Source of the DNA: a virus
Lineage: Duplodnaviria; Caudoviricetes
DNA: 64,000 bases
IMG/VR virus record: IMGVR_UViG_3300036958_000333
Span: 160,001-224,000 of that record
Strand: one strand, 5' to 3'
This document shows, in pieces, positions 29,648-39,220 of this stretch (positions are counted from its first letter, which is position 1; each line of letters begins with the position of its first letter). The notes below the pieces were generated by a model, which made no database searches, was not told where the DNA came from, and worked only from the letters and a program-made list of their open reading frames with translations. Position numbers and translations under genes: made by a program.

Positions 29648-30145
29648 ATGATTTCAATTATTGTTGCAATAAATAATAAAAACGTTATTTCCTCTGATGG
29701 AAAAATCCCATGGAAATGTAAAGAAGATTTGTCTCTTTTTAAAAAATTAACTCTTAACAAACCAGTAATAATGGGTAGAAAAACATTTGAATCTTTAAAT
29801 AATAAACCGTTAAAAAATAGAACAAATATAGTTTTAACATCAAACCCTATTTCTATAAATAAGAAATTTTATGATAATTCTTTTGGTCCATTTATTGTTA
29901 CAGATATAAATACTTCAATAAAAGTAGCTTCAGCTTTTAATAATGAAATAATGATTATTGGGGGAGAATCTATTTACAATCAATTTATGGATTCTAATTT
30001 AGTAGATAGAATATATATTAGTAAAATCAATAATAACGAAAGAGGAAATAAATTTTTTGAAATAAAAGATGTTTCGAAATGGGAAGAAAAAGAATCAAAA
30101 CAATATAACGAATTTATATTTAAAATATATGAAAAAAGAATATAA
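29648..30145 (+). CDS. folA: Dihydrofolate reductase
   Basis: IPWKCKEDLSLFKKLT, VIMGRKTFESL, PLKNRTNIVLT, IIGGESIY. Confidence 0.96.
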   Translation: MISIIVAINNKNVISSDGKIPWKCKEDLSLFKKLTLNKPVIMGRKTFESLNNKPLKNRTNIVLTSNPISINKKFYDNSFGPFIVTDINTSIKVASAFNNEIMIIGGESIYNQFMDSNLVDRIYISKINNNERGNKFFEIKDVSKWEEKESKQYNEFIFKIYEKRI

Positions 30146-31727
30146 AATATATTTTCCATACAGTAAAATAAGGCCAATACAAAAAACTGCGTTTGATTTT
30201 ATTTTTTCGAATTTAAATTCAAAAAAATATATCATTTTAGAAGGTCCGGTTGGTTCTGGAAAAAGCGCAATAGCTTATACATTGTCAAAATGGATATTAA
30301 ATAATTATAAACCATCTTGTGATTTTGAAAATGGATCATATATTGTAACTACTCAAAAAATATTACAAGAACAATATATTAATGATTTTAATGATATAGC
30401 AAATATATGGTCAAAAAGTAATTATACATGTAAACATAGAAAAAACATGTCTTGTGATGATGGACAAAGACTTGCTCAAATATTTTCAGACAGTAAAGAA
30501 TCAAAAAAATGTAATATAGACTGTGTTTATAATACAGAGTTTAAAAAATTTTTAGCAAATCCAATAGGAGTTACTAATACGGCATATATATTAAATCAAT
30601 TAACATATAATAAATCCGAAAAACTATCATTAAAAAAAAGAGCATTATTAGTTATAGATGAATGCCATAATTTAGAACAAGCTATTGTTAATTTTGTTTC
30701 AACAAAAATATATAAAAATTTTTGTGAAGAAGATCTTGAAATAGATTATATTAATGACGAAAATTTAGATTTATTAAGTATAAAAAAATGGATATCTGAT
30801 ATATTTATGAAAGGATTAGAAGATAAAATATTAAATATAACTGACGAAATATTATCAATAGATCCTAAAAAACAAAAAGTAAGACCTCTTGTTAAAAAAT
30901 ATAATGATTTAGATAAAATAAAATGTAAAACTGATAGATTTATAAAAATGTTTAATGAAAAAAACTGGGTAGTAACAAAAGAAAATGATTATTTTGAATT
31001 AAAACCTATTTATATTAATCAAATAACACAATCATTATTATTTAATATAAGTGAAAAAATATTATTAATGTCAGGTACAATATTAAACCATGAAACTTTT
31101 TGTCAACATGTCGGAATACCAATAGAAGAATCGTGTTTTTTATCAATGGATTCTCCATTTAAAAAAGAAAATAGAAAAATATTTATATCAAATATAGCAT
31201 CGATGAATTATAAAAATATAGATAGTGGAATTAAGAATATAAATAATGCTGTTCAATATTTATTAAGCCAACACCGTGGTCAAAAAGGAATTATACATAC
31301 TCATACTTATAAAATAGCAAAATACTTAAAAGATAATGATAAAACAAAAAGATTATTGATACATGAAACTAATAATAGAAACGAAATATTAAACAAGCAT
31401 ATAAAATCTAAACATGATACCGTATTAGTTTCTCCTTCTTTTACAGAAGGAATAGATTTAATTGATGAATATAGTAGATTTCAAATTATATGTAAAATTC
31501 CTTTTCCATATTTAAAAGATAATTATATAATAGAAAAAATGAAAAAATGTAAAAACTGGTATGAATGGCAAGTTGCAAAAACAATAATACAAGCTTTAGG
31601 AAGATCTGTAAGATCAGAAAATGACTATGCAATTTCTTATATACTAGATTCGGATTGGAATTTCTTTTATAACAAAAACAATTTCTTGTTCCCGAAATGG
31701 TTTAAAGATTCTATTATTTTTTTATAA
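30129..31727 (+). CDS. DinG/Rad3-like SF2 helicase
   Basis: FPY..RPIQ, GPVGSGKS, DECH, MSGT, EGIDL, KIPFP, QALGRSVRSEND; start moved to second Met to limit overlap with folA. Confidence 0.92.
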   Translation: MKKEYKIYFPYSKIRPIQKTAFDFIFSNLNSKKYIILEGPVGSGKSAIAYTLSKWILNNYKPSCDFENGSYIVTTQKILQEQYINDFNDIANIWSKSNYTCKHRKNMSCDDGQRLAQIFSDSKESKKCNIDCVYNTEFKKFLANPIGVTNTAYILNQLTYNKSEKLSLKKRALLVIDECHNLEQAIVNFVSTKIYKNFCEEDLEIDYINDENLDLLSIKKWISDIFMKGLEDKILNITDEILSIDPKKQKVRPLVKKYNDLDKIKCKTDRFIKMFNEKNWVVTKENDYFELKPIYINQITQSLLFNISEKILLMSGTILNHETFCQHVGIPIEESCFLSMDSPFKKENRKIFISNIASMNYKNIDSGIKNINNAVQYLLSQHRGQKGIIHTHTYKIAKYLKDNDKTKRLLIHETNNRNEILNKHIKSKHDTVLVSPSFTEGIDLIDEYSRFQIICKIPFPYLKDNYIIEKMKKCKNWYEWQVAKTIIQALGRSVRSENDYAISYILDSDWNFFYNKNNFLFPKWFKDSIIFL

Positions 31728-31757
31728 AATAAAATTAATTATCCTAAATTATATTAA

Positions 31758-32321
31758 ATGAATTTAAAAAATATTAATATAGATAAGATTTTAATAGGAC
31801 ATAGTGTACATAGAGATACACCTATTCCTCATGAATATAATGAAGAATTGGATGTTTTACCTATATATGAATTAAAAGATTTAGATTATTCTAAACTAAA
31901 AGTTTTTTCATTAAATATGAAAACAAAAAAAATTGAACTAACAAGTGTTAAATCAATATTAAAACATGAATTTAATGGACAATGGATACAAAACCTCCAA
32001 GGAAATGGAATGGTTATAACAACTCCAAATCATTCTGTATATAATGAAAATTATGAAACTTTTTATCCATATGAAAATGAAACATTAAGAATTCTTACTG
32101 TTAATATACCAAATAAATTAATTGAAAATAAAAAGAAATCTTATAATTGGGATATTTATTTTATTAATTTAAATCTATTATCTAAAAATGATAGAAAAGT
32201 TATAAAAATTGATTCTAAATATTCATCAAATGATGCTTGGGATATAGAATGTATTGATAATCATAATTTTATAGGTGGACAAAGAGAGCTTTTTGTATTG
32301 CATAATACAAATAATTCTTAA
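31758..32321 (+). CDS. Stand-alone mini-intein / Hint-domain protein (168 aa Hint, 15 aa N-flank, 4 aa C-flank)
   Basis: GH|SVHRDTPI block A, TTPNHSV block B, AWDIECIDNHNF block F, VLHN|T block G. Confidence 0.85.
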   Translation: MNLKNINIDKILIGHSVHRDTPIPHEYNEELDVLPIYELKDLDYSKLKVFSLNMKTKKIELTSVKSILKHEFNGQWIQNLQGNGMVITTPNHSVYNENYETFYPYENETLRILTVNIPNKLIENKKKSYNWDIYFINLNLLSKNDRKVIKIDSKYSSNDAWDIECIDNHNFIGGQRELFVLHNTNNS

Positions 32322-32403
32322 CATATAGATCTTATAAACAATAAGGCGAAAAATAGTTTTAAATAATAATCAATATTAAAATTAAAAATAAGAAAAGTAA
32401 AAA

Positions 32404-33666
32404 ATGAATGAATTTGTACATATTCATTTACATACAGATTTTTCTTGCTTAGATGGATATTCTGATATAAAACAATATATTCAAAAAGCAAAAAAAAATA
32501 ATATAAAATATTTTTCTGTTACAGATCATGGTAATTGCGCTTGTATTCCAAAATTAATACAAGAATGTAGGGAAAATGAAATAAAACCAATATTTGGATG
32601 TGAATTTTATGTAAATAATTTTCATCATTTAGTTCCTAATTTTAAAAATTTATCTGATGAAGAAAAATATTTAGTAAAAAAGAACAATCATTTAATATTA
32701 ATAGCTAAAAACGATATAGGTTATGAAAATCTAATAAAATTATCTTCTGAAAGTTGGATAAATGGATTTTATTATAAACCTAGAATATCACTTGATTTAA
32801 TTAAAAAATATTCAGAAGGATTAATATGCACAACGGCATGTTTAGGATCAGAATTATCTCAATATATAATTAAAGAAAAATATAAAGAAGCAATAGATTT
32901 AGTAAAAGAATACAAAGATATATTTGGAAAAGATTATTATTTAGAAATACAAATGATTAACATGAAAGAACAAGACGATGTCAATTCATATTTGATATCA
33001 TTATCAAATAAATTAGATATACCTTTGGTTCTAACTAATGATGTTCATTATTGTGAAAAGTCTGAATTTATTAATCAACAAATACTATTATTATTAAATT
33101 CTAAAGGAACAATAAGCAAGCCAGAAGGATTAGAGTTTCATACAAATCAGCTTTGGTATAAAACAATAGATGAATTAGACGAATTATGGGAAAATAATTA
33201 TAAATCAACTATACCTTTAGAAGAATATAAAGAATCAAAAATAAATACGGTAAAAATATGCGAAAAATGTAATGTTGTAATAGATACAAATCCAAAATTT
33301 CCAAAAATAGAAAATGCAGAAAACGAAATATCAGAAAGATGTATAACTGCAATGAAAAAGAAAGGGTTATATAAAAATAAAATATATCGAGATAGATTTT
33401 TAAAAGAATATGAGGTTATATTTTCTAAAAATTATTGTTCTTATTTTATGGTAGTAACAAAAATTATAGAATATGTTAAAAACGAATTAAAAGAACAAGT
33501 AGGTCCTGGAAGAGGAAGTTGTGGTGGAAGTTTGATATGTTATTTGTTAGGAATAACGCAAGTAGATCCAATTAAACATGAATTATTTTTCGAAAGATTT
33601 TTATCTAAAAGTCGCGGCGGTAAATTTGCAAAACTACAATTTGAAGAAAAAGACGAAATAATATGA
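32404..33666 (+). CDS. dnaE: DNA polymerase III alpha, N-terminal piece (PHP domain and start of palm)
   Basis: HIHLHTDFSCLDG, TDHG, GFYYKPRI, TNDVHY, GPGRGS..GSL..YLLGIT.VDP, FERFL; stops before PDID. Confidence 0.95.
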   Translation: MNEFVHIHLHTDFSCLDGYSDIKQYIQKAKKNNIKYFSVTDHGNCACIPKLIQECRENEIKPIFGCEFYVNNFHHLVPNFKNLSDEEKYLVKKNNHLILIAKNDIGYENLIKLSSESWINGFYYKPRISLDLIKKYSEGLICTTACLGSELSQYIIKEKYKEAIDLVKEYKDIFGKDYYLEIQMINMKEQDDVNSYLISLSNKLDIPLVLTNDVHYCEKSEFINQQILLLLNSKGTISKPEGLEFHTNQLWYKTIDELDELWENNYKSTIPLEEYKESKINTVKICEKCNVVIDTNPKFPKIENAENEISERCITAMKKKGLYKNKIYRDRFLKEYEVIFSKNYCSYFMVVTKIIEYVKNELKEQVGPGRGSCGGSLICYLLGITQVDPIKHELFFERFLSKSRGGKFAKLQFEEKDEII

Positions 33667-34265
33667 AAACAATAATTGTACAAAACGATAATCCAATGGA
33701 CTGTTTAATATATATAATAGATAATTTTATAGAAAACAGTCCTATGTATATAGAAACAGATTTAAATAATATTGATGTTTCTAGTGATTTTTTTAACAAA
33801 TATAAATCAATGTTTAAATGGCATTTCAATGATTCTTTTAGATCTGTTTTGGTTAAAATGAAAAGACCTTTAACAAAATATGAGTTTTCATATTATAATA
33901 GAATATATGACTATTTCGGAGTAAATCAAGAAGAAATAATATCTAGAAATTTTAATAACATAATTTGTAATTGGGATTCTAAATCTGATTACAAAAATCA
34001 TCCAAAACCATGTTTTTTAACAGCAAAATTTATACAAGAAAAAGAATATATACATTTATCTATAACGTTCAGAACACGAGATATTATTAAAAGATTATAT
34101 CCAAACTGGATAGCGTTAAGAATTTTTTTTCAAAAAATATGTGATAAACATTGTAAAAAAATGGGAAAACTATTTGATTTTTCTAATCAAATAATCTGTG
34201 ATTCGAATAAAAGAAATCAAATAATGAATCTAGAAGAATATATAAATTATAAGCGACAGTATTAA
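33663..34265 (+). CDS. Divergent thymidylate synthase-superfamily protein
   Basis: SYYNRI..YFGVNQ, WD, PKPCF (catalytic Cys), FRTRD...PN. Confidence 0.7.
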   Translation: MKTIIVQNDNPMDCLIYIIDNFIENSPMYIETDLNNIDVSSDFFNKYKSMFKWHFNDSFRSVLVKMKRPLTKYEFSYYNRIYDYFGVNQEEIISRNFNNIICNWDSKSDYKNHPKPCFLTAKFIQEKEYIHLSITFRTRDIIKRLYPNWIALRIFFQKICDKHCKKMGKLFDFSNQIICDSNKRNQIMNLEEYINYKRQY

Positions 34266-34284
34266 TATCAATAATTATAAAAAT

Positions 34285-35223
34285 ATGGATAAATATAGGA
34301 AAATATATATAAACATTAATTCCAAATGTAACTATAATTGTATCGGTTGTTTAATGAGTAAAAATTATAGAAATAAACTTGATTTTATAAGTTTAGATAA
34401 TATAAAAAATATAATAGAAAATAAATTAAACAAATTGGTAAATGATAATTGTAAAAATATATATGAGATAAGTGGTGGAGAGCCGACTCTACATCCAAAT
34501 TTTAAAGAAATATCCAAATATATTCACGAAATACCAAATTCATATAAAACCGTTTTATTAACAAATGGAGATAAATTATCAGATAATAATTTTTCTAATG
34601 AAATATCAAAATATTTAGATGATTTTGTAATTTCTTTTTATTCTATAGATAAAAAACAACAAGATGAAATTACAAAAGTGAAAGGGTCTTGTTCAAATAA
34701 ATTAAAAGCTATAGAAAATATAATTCAATTAAATAAGAAAGTTCATATAAAAACAATAGTATCTGCCAAAACATATAAATCAATACCTGAAATAGCTGAA
34801 TTTTTTGGAAAATTATATGGTAATAAAATACATTTTACAATAAATTCAATACATTTGATTGGAGAAGCTTGGAATAATAAAAATAATCTTGCTATAAAAT
34901 ATACTGATTGTAGTCATTATATTGAAAAAGCAATAGATATAGCGTCATTATATAAAATGACTGTTAGTTTGTTTTTTCCTGCATGTATGATAGATCCAGC
35001 GTATTGGGAATTTCTTCCTATTAATTATGTAGAATCTATAAAAAGATCATATTCAATAACGCCAAATGGAGAATTAAATAAAGCTGGATTATTATTAGAT
35101 GAATTTATAAATAAAAACAAAACATGCAATGAATGTATAATTAAAGATAGGTGTAATTGGCCATGGGAAGAGTATATAAAAATATTTGGCGATAATGAAA
35201 TAATTAAAGGAGTAATAAAATAA
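34285..35223 (+). CDS. Radical SAM protein with C-terminal Cys cluster
   Basis: CNYNCIGC, SGGEPTLHP, LTNG, PAC, C-terminal CNECIIKDRC. Confidence 0.9.
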   Translation: MDKYRKIYININSKCNYNCIGCLMSKNYRNKLDFISLDNIKNIIENKLNKLVNDNCKNIYEISGGEPTLHPNFKEISKYIHEIPNSYKTVLLTNGDKLSDNNFSNEISKYLDDFVISFYSIDKKQQDEITKVKGSCSNKLKAIENIIQLNKKVHIKTIVSAKTYKSIPEIAEFFGKLYGNKIHFTINSIHLIGEAWNNKNNLAIKYTDCSHYIEKAIDIASLYKMTVSLFFPACMIDPAYWEFLPINYVESIKRSYSITPNGELNKAGLLLDEFINKNKTCNECIIKDRCNWPWEEYIKIFGDNEIIKGVIK

Positions 35224-35224
35224 T

Positions 35225-35374
35225 ATGAATAATAATAAAAATAAAAAAAATAAAAATACAATCATGGTGTTTTCTAAAAAACGAAAATGTTTTATAAAAT
35301 TCGATGTAGTTCCAAATAAAATTAAAAAAGAGCTAATCGAAAATATTGGATGCAGTAATTCAGATTATGGTTAG
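35225..35374 (+). CDS. 49-aa peptide (not in ORF track)
   Basis: MNNNKNKKNKNTIMVFSKKRKCFIKFDVVPNKIKKELIENIGCSNSDYG; fills the gap between radical SAM and endonuclease genes. Confidence 0.5.
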   Translation: MNNNKNKKNKNTIMVFSKKRKCFIKFDVVPNKIKKELIENIGCSNSDYG

Positions 35375-35386
35375 AAAGATATATAA

Positions 35387-36841
35387 ATGTTAAAAAAATG
35401 GATTTATGATAATTTATATGATTATAAAAAATCACAATTAACACCATCTAGATGTAATTTTAACTGGTTTAAAAAGAGAAATTTAGAAAACTATTATTAC
35501 AAAATAATAGAAAGTACTGGTTTTTTAGACAAAAATTCGGAATTAAAAGAAAGAATATATTATATAACTAATAATATCAATAAACAAATAACTTGTAAAA
35601 ATTGTGGAATTAATATAAAATATTATAGGAAATTCTGTTCTACAAAATGTTCAAGTAAATCTATAGAAGTTAGAAATAAAACCGCAAAAACGAATATGAA
35701 AAAATATGGAAATTCATGTTCTTTAAATAATGAAATTGTTAATTATAAAAAAAACAAAACATGGTTAAAAAAATATGGATGTAATCATATATTTCAAAAT
35801 GAAAAAATTAAATTAAAAATACAAAATACATTAAGAAAGAAACACAACAATGATTTAATAACAAACCAAGGACAAGTTCATTTAACAAAAGATATAATAG
35901 AGAAAATTAACAGTAAAGAATTTTTATATAATGAATATGTTATAAATAAAAAAACATATTCAGAAATAGCTAGGGATGTTGGAGTAAGCACAAGAACTAT
36001 ATGGCTACATGCAAAAAGTTTTAACATACAATCGAGAACAAGCTCGTTTAGATCATCTTATGAAAATGATATAATGAGCTTCATTCCTAGTAATTTTATA
36101 ATATTAAAGAATGTAAAAGACATAATACCACCATATGAACTAGATTTATATCTTCCTGATTATAAGTTAGCGATTGAATTTAACGGAATATATTGGCATT
36201 CACATAATAATGAAAAAAATAATGTAATAAATAGACATTATATAAAAACAAAACTATGTAAACGAAAAAATATTAAATTATTACATATATTTGAAAACGA
36301 ATGGATAAATAAAACAAAAAGACAGGTATGGAAATCAATAATTAATAATAAATTAAATAAAAATATATCATTAAATATTAATGATTGTAATATACAAGAT
36401 ATAAAAGATATAAATATTATAAATAATTTTATAAATGATAACAGCATAACATGTTTAGATAAATTTAATTTATGTGTTGGATTATATAATAATAATGAAC
36501 TATTGTCTATTTTATATGGATATTATAAAAATAACAAATTAATTTCTGATTTTTGTACTAAAAACAATCATTTTATAAAAAATTCAAAAAAAGCATTAAT
36601 TGATTTTTTTATACAAAAATATAAACCATATAAAATAATAACAAAAATAGATTTAAGATATAATGATATAACTGACTATGAAGAATTAAATATGAAATAT
36701 ATAAGATATGAAAAACCAACATTTATGTATATAAAAAATAATAAATTTTATGGCGAAAAAAATATAAATCCTATATTTGAAAATGAATATAGAAAAATAT
36801 GGAATTGTGGTAAAATTATTTTAGAATGGAGAAGTAATTAA
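35387..36841 (+). CDS. Free-standing homing-type endonuclease (Hef/Vsr-like), copy 3
   Basis: CKNC..FCSTKC, KKYG repeats, PPYELDLYLPDYKLAIEFNGIYWHS, IWNCG. Confidence 0.75.
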   Translation: MLKKWIYDNLYDYKKSQLTPSRCNFNWFKKRNLENYYYKIIESTGFLDKNSELKERIYYITNNINKQITCKNCGINIKYYRKFCSTKCSSKSIEVRNKTAKTNMKKYGNSCSLNNEIVNYKKNKTWLKKYGCNHIFQNEKIKLKIQNTLRKKHNNDLITNQGQVHLTKDIIEKINSKEFLYNEYVINKKTYSEIARDVGVSTRTIWLHAKSFNIQSRTSSFRSSYENDIMSFIPSNFIILKNVKDIIPPYELDLYLPDYKLAIEFNGIYWHSHNNEKNNVINRHYIKTKLCKRKNIKLLHIFENEWINKTKRQVWKSIINNKLNKNISLNINDCNIQDIKDINIINNFINDNSITCLDKFNLCVGLYNNNELLSILYGYYKNNKLISDFCTKNNHFIKNSKKALIDFFIQKYKPYKIITKIDLRYNDITDYEELNMKYIRYEKPTFMYIKNNKFYGEKNINPIFENEYRKIWNCGKIILEWRSN

Positions 36842-36843
36842 AT

Positions 36844-37614
36844 ATGTCTAAAAAAGAAAGATTAGAAAACGATGGAGAAAAAAGAATTATTAATAAAACA
36901 GATCTTCGAACAGATACTGCGACAAAAAGAGTTTACATTCATAGGGATTATATCGCTCATGTATTAAGATATACTCATGTTGTTAAATGGTTTCAGAAAT
37001 TAAAAAACAGAAAAGACAATTTAAATATTTTAGATATGGGTTGTGGAAAAGAATTTCCTATATTAAGAATGTGTTATACTAATAAATTAAAACCACAATA
37101 TTATCTTGGTTTAGATATAAGAAAATTAAATTTTGATGAATTTCATAAAGAAATGAAACCTAATTTTGATTATGAATTTCAGCAATATGATTTTATTAAT
37201 CCTTTACCAAAATGTAAAAACGGAAATTGGGATTTTATTATATTTTTAGAAGTTTTAGAACATAATTCTAAAGAAGCAGGTATAAAAATATTAGAAAATA
37301 TTAAAAATATAATGAATCCAGATACAATATTTATTATGTCAACTCCATCATTTAATGGAAAAGCCGCTGAAAATCATATATATGAATGGGAATATCAAGA
37401 ATTAAAGCAAGAATTAGAAAAAACATTTATTATAGAAAATCATTATGGGACATTTGCGTCTCAAAAAGATATAGAAAATGTTATGTCTGATTGTGAAAAA
37501 GAAATATATGAAAAATTAAAAGATTATTATGATAGCAATTTCTTGTCTGCTGTTTTTGCACCAATTCACCCATATGCGTCTCGTAATTGTTTATGGAGAC
37601 TTAGATTAAAATAA
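36844..37614 (+). CDS. Class I SAM-dependent methyltransferase
   Basis: ILDMGCG, YLGLDI, FLEVLEH, MSTP. Confidence 0.9.
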   Translation: MSKKERLENDGEKRIINKTDLRTDTATKRVYIHRDYIAHVLRYTHVVKWFQKLKNRKDNLNILDMGCGKEFPILRMCYTNKLKPQYYLGLDIRKLNFDEFHKEMKPNFDYEFQQYDFINPLPKCKNGNWDFIIFLEVLEHNSKEAGIKILENIKNIMNPDTIFIMSTPSFNGKAAENHIYEWEYQELKQELEKTFIIENHYGTFASQKDIENVMSDCEKEIYEKLKDYYDSNFLSAVFAPIHPYASRNCLWRLRLK

Positions 37615-37679
37615 ATCATATAAATCAATACCATTAAAATTTATAATAATATTTTATTATTAATATAATATATAATATT

Positions 37680-37925
37680 ATGATAGGAAGATCGTATTTT
37701 TGTGTAAGTTGTGGATATAAAAGTTCTAACTCTAATTCTTTAATTAAAGGAAAAGGAGGATGCTCCAGCTGTGGTAAATCTAATTATAAGTGCCCAAGAT
37801 GTGGAATGATTATGAAAATGAAAAAAATAGAAATACAAAATAATAATGTTTTTGAAAAAGCTATAAGCCCAAATATTGGAATAAAAGAAGGTTATTACGG
37901 TAATATTAGAATCAAAAGAGCATAA
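37680..37925 (+). CDS. Zinc-ribbon protein with three CxxC
   Basis: CVSC, CSSC, CPRC. Confidence 0.65.
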   Translation: MIGRSYFCVSCGYKSSNSNSLIKGKGGCSSCGKSNYKCPRCGMIMKMKKIEIQNNNVFEKAISPNIGIKEGYYGNIRIKRA

Positions 37926-38091
37926 TATTATAGAATATAAGTACGTTTGTATTTTATGTTCTTATTCTTCTATAAATACAAGTAATCTTAAAAAAGTAGA
38001 ATGCAAAGAATGCAAAGATAAAAAAAACAATTTCAATTATCTTTGTCCATTGTGTCAATATCCTTTATTAAAATATAAATTAAAAAAATAA
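37897..38091 (+). CDS. Second three-CxxC zinc-ribbon ORF without ATG/GTG/TTG start
   Basis: Manual translation: YVCILC...CKEC...YLCPLC; ACG 5 nt after AAGAAGG. Confidence 0.45.
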   Translation, partial: TVILESKEHNIIEYKYVCILCSYSSINTSNLKKVECKECKDKKNNFNYLCPLCQYPLLKYKLKK

Positions 38092-38152
38092 AGCGAATAT
38101 TTTAATTATATTAGAACTAGAAATGTAATTAATTGTATTTATAGGAATAATT

Positions 38153-39025
38153 ATGAAAGAAAAATTTCTTATAATAGATACCTATAACATGATTATAAGG
38201 TCTAAAAATTCAAAGGGAAAAACAATAGAATTATTTATAAAAACATTATATGATTCTATATTATTATTTAACCCAACAAGGGTTATTATGCCTATAGATG
38301 ATTATGTTGGAAATAGTTTTAGAAGAAAAATATTACCAACATATAAACAAAGAAATGATAAACAATTATTAAATCATAGTTTAGATTATAATTTTAAGAA
38401 AGAAAAATTTTCAATATTAAAAATTATAAAAACAATATTGCCAGTATATTTTTTGAAATATAAAGGATATGAAGCTGATGATATAATATCTATTATATGT
38501 AAAATAATTTCCGACAATATTGATATAATAATTTGGTCGAATGATCTAGACCTGGTTCAATTACAACAAAAATTTAACAATGTAAAGGTTTATGATCCAA
38601 AATCTAAAAGTTTCTTTAAAAGTCCTAAATATAATTTAGCTTATTATAAATCAATTATTGGAGATAAATCAGATAACATACCTGGAATTATAGAAATGAA
38701 TCATAAAATGGCAAAAAAAGCTTTAAGTTCATACAGCGAGTTTATAAGATTAATTGCAAGTGATCCAATAAAATATATAAAATATAAAAATAATTTAAAA
38801 ATAATAGATTTAATAAATAATAATCTTGAAATTCCAAGTAATTTAATATTTATATTAGAATCAAGTGTAAAATATCATCAAAAGGCATTTGAAAGAATAT
38901 TAAAGAACAATAAAATATATAGTATTATAAAACAAATTAATGAATATCATCAAGCTTTTTATTATTTAGAAAAATATAGTGAAATAAAAGGAGATAACTT
39001 TTTTAACAAAGGAGCTGGTAAATGA
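38153..39025 (+). CDS. 5'-3' exonuclease / flap endonuclease (T4 RNase H, PolA N-terminal type)
   Basis: IIDTYN, FRRKILPTYK, YEADD, SNDLD, GDKSDNIPGI. Confidence 0.92.
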   Translation: MKEKFLIIDTYNMIIRSKNSKGKTIELFIKTLYDSILLFNPTRVIMPIDDYVGNSFRRKILPTYKQRNDKQLLNHSLDYNFKKEKFSILKIIKTILPVYFLKYKGYEADDIISIICKIISDNIDIIIWSNDLDLVQLQQKFNNVKVYDPKSKSFFKSPKYNLAYYKSIIGDKSDNIPGIIEMNHKMAKKALSSYSEFIRLIASDPIKYIKYKNNLKIIDLINNNLEIPSNLIFILESSVKYHQKAFERILKNNKIYSIIKQINEYHQAFYYLEKYSEIKGDNFFNKGAGK

Positions 39026-39219
39026 ATGAAAGATGTCATGGAAAAAGAATTTTTATAGATGAAAATAATAATAAATATATTGGATTTAATAAAGATGATT
39101 TAGAATATGAAAGAGAAATATTAAAATCAATAATGAACAAAGAAGAAAATGTATTAATTAATTTATGGGCAATGAATAAAATAATATTGATAAATGATTT
39201 TATAGAAGAAAATCAATAA
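39022..39219 (+). CDS. Hypothetical protein
   Basis: 65 aa, AAGGAG RBS, coupled to upstream gene. Confidence 0.55.
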   Translation: MNERCHGKRIFIDENNNKYIGFNKDDLEYEREILKSIMNKEENVLINLWAMNKIILINDFIEENQ

Positions 39220-39220
39220 T

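Noticed and set aside
31758-33666. Mini-intein as part of the helicase or DnaE reading frame
   Set aside because: Stops on both sides; helicase and PHP domain are complete without it and an upstream motif separates it from dnaE
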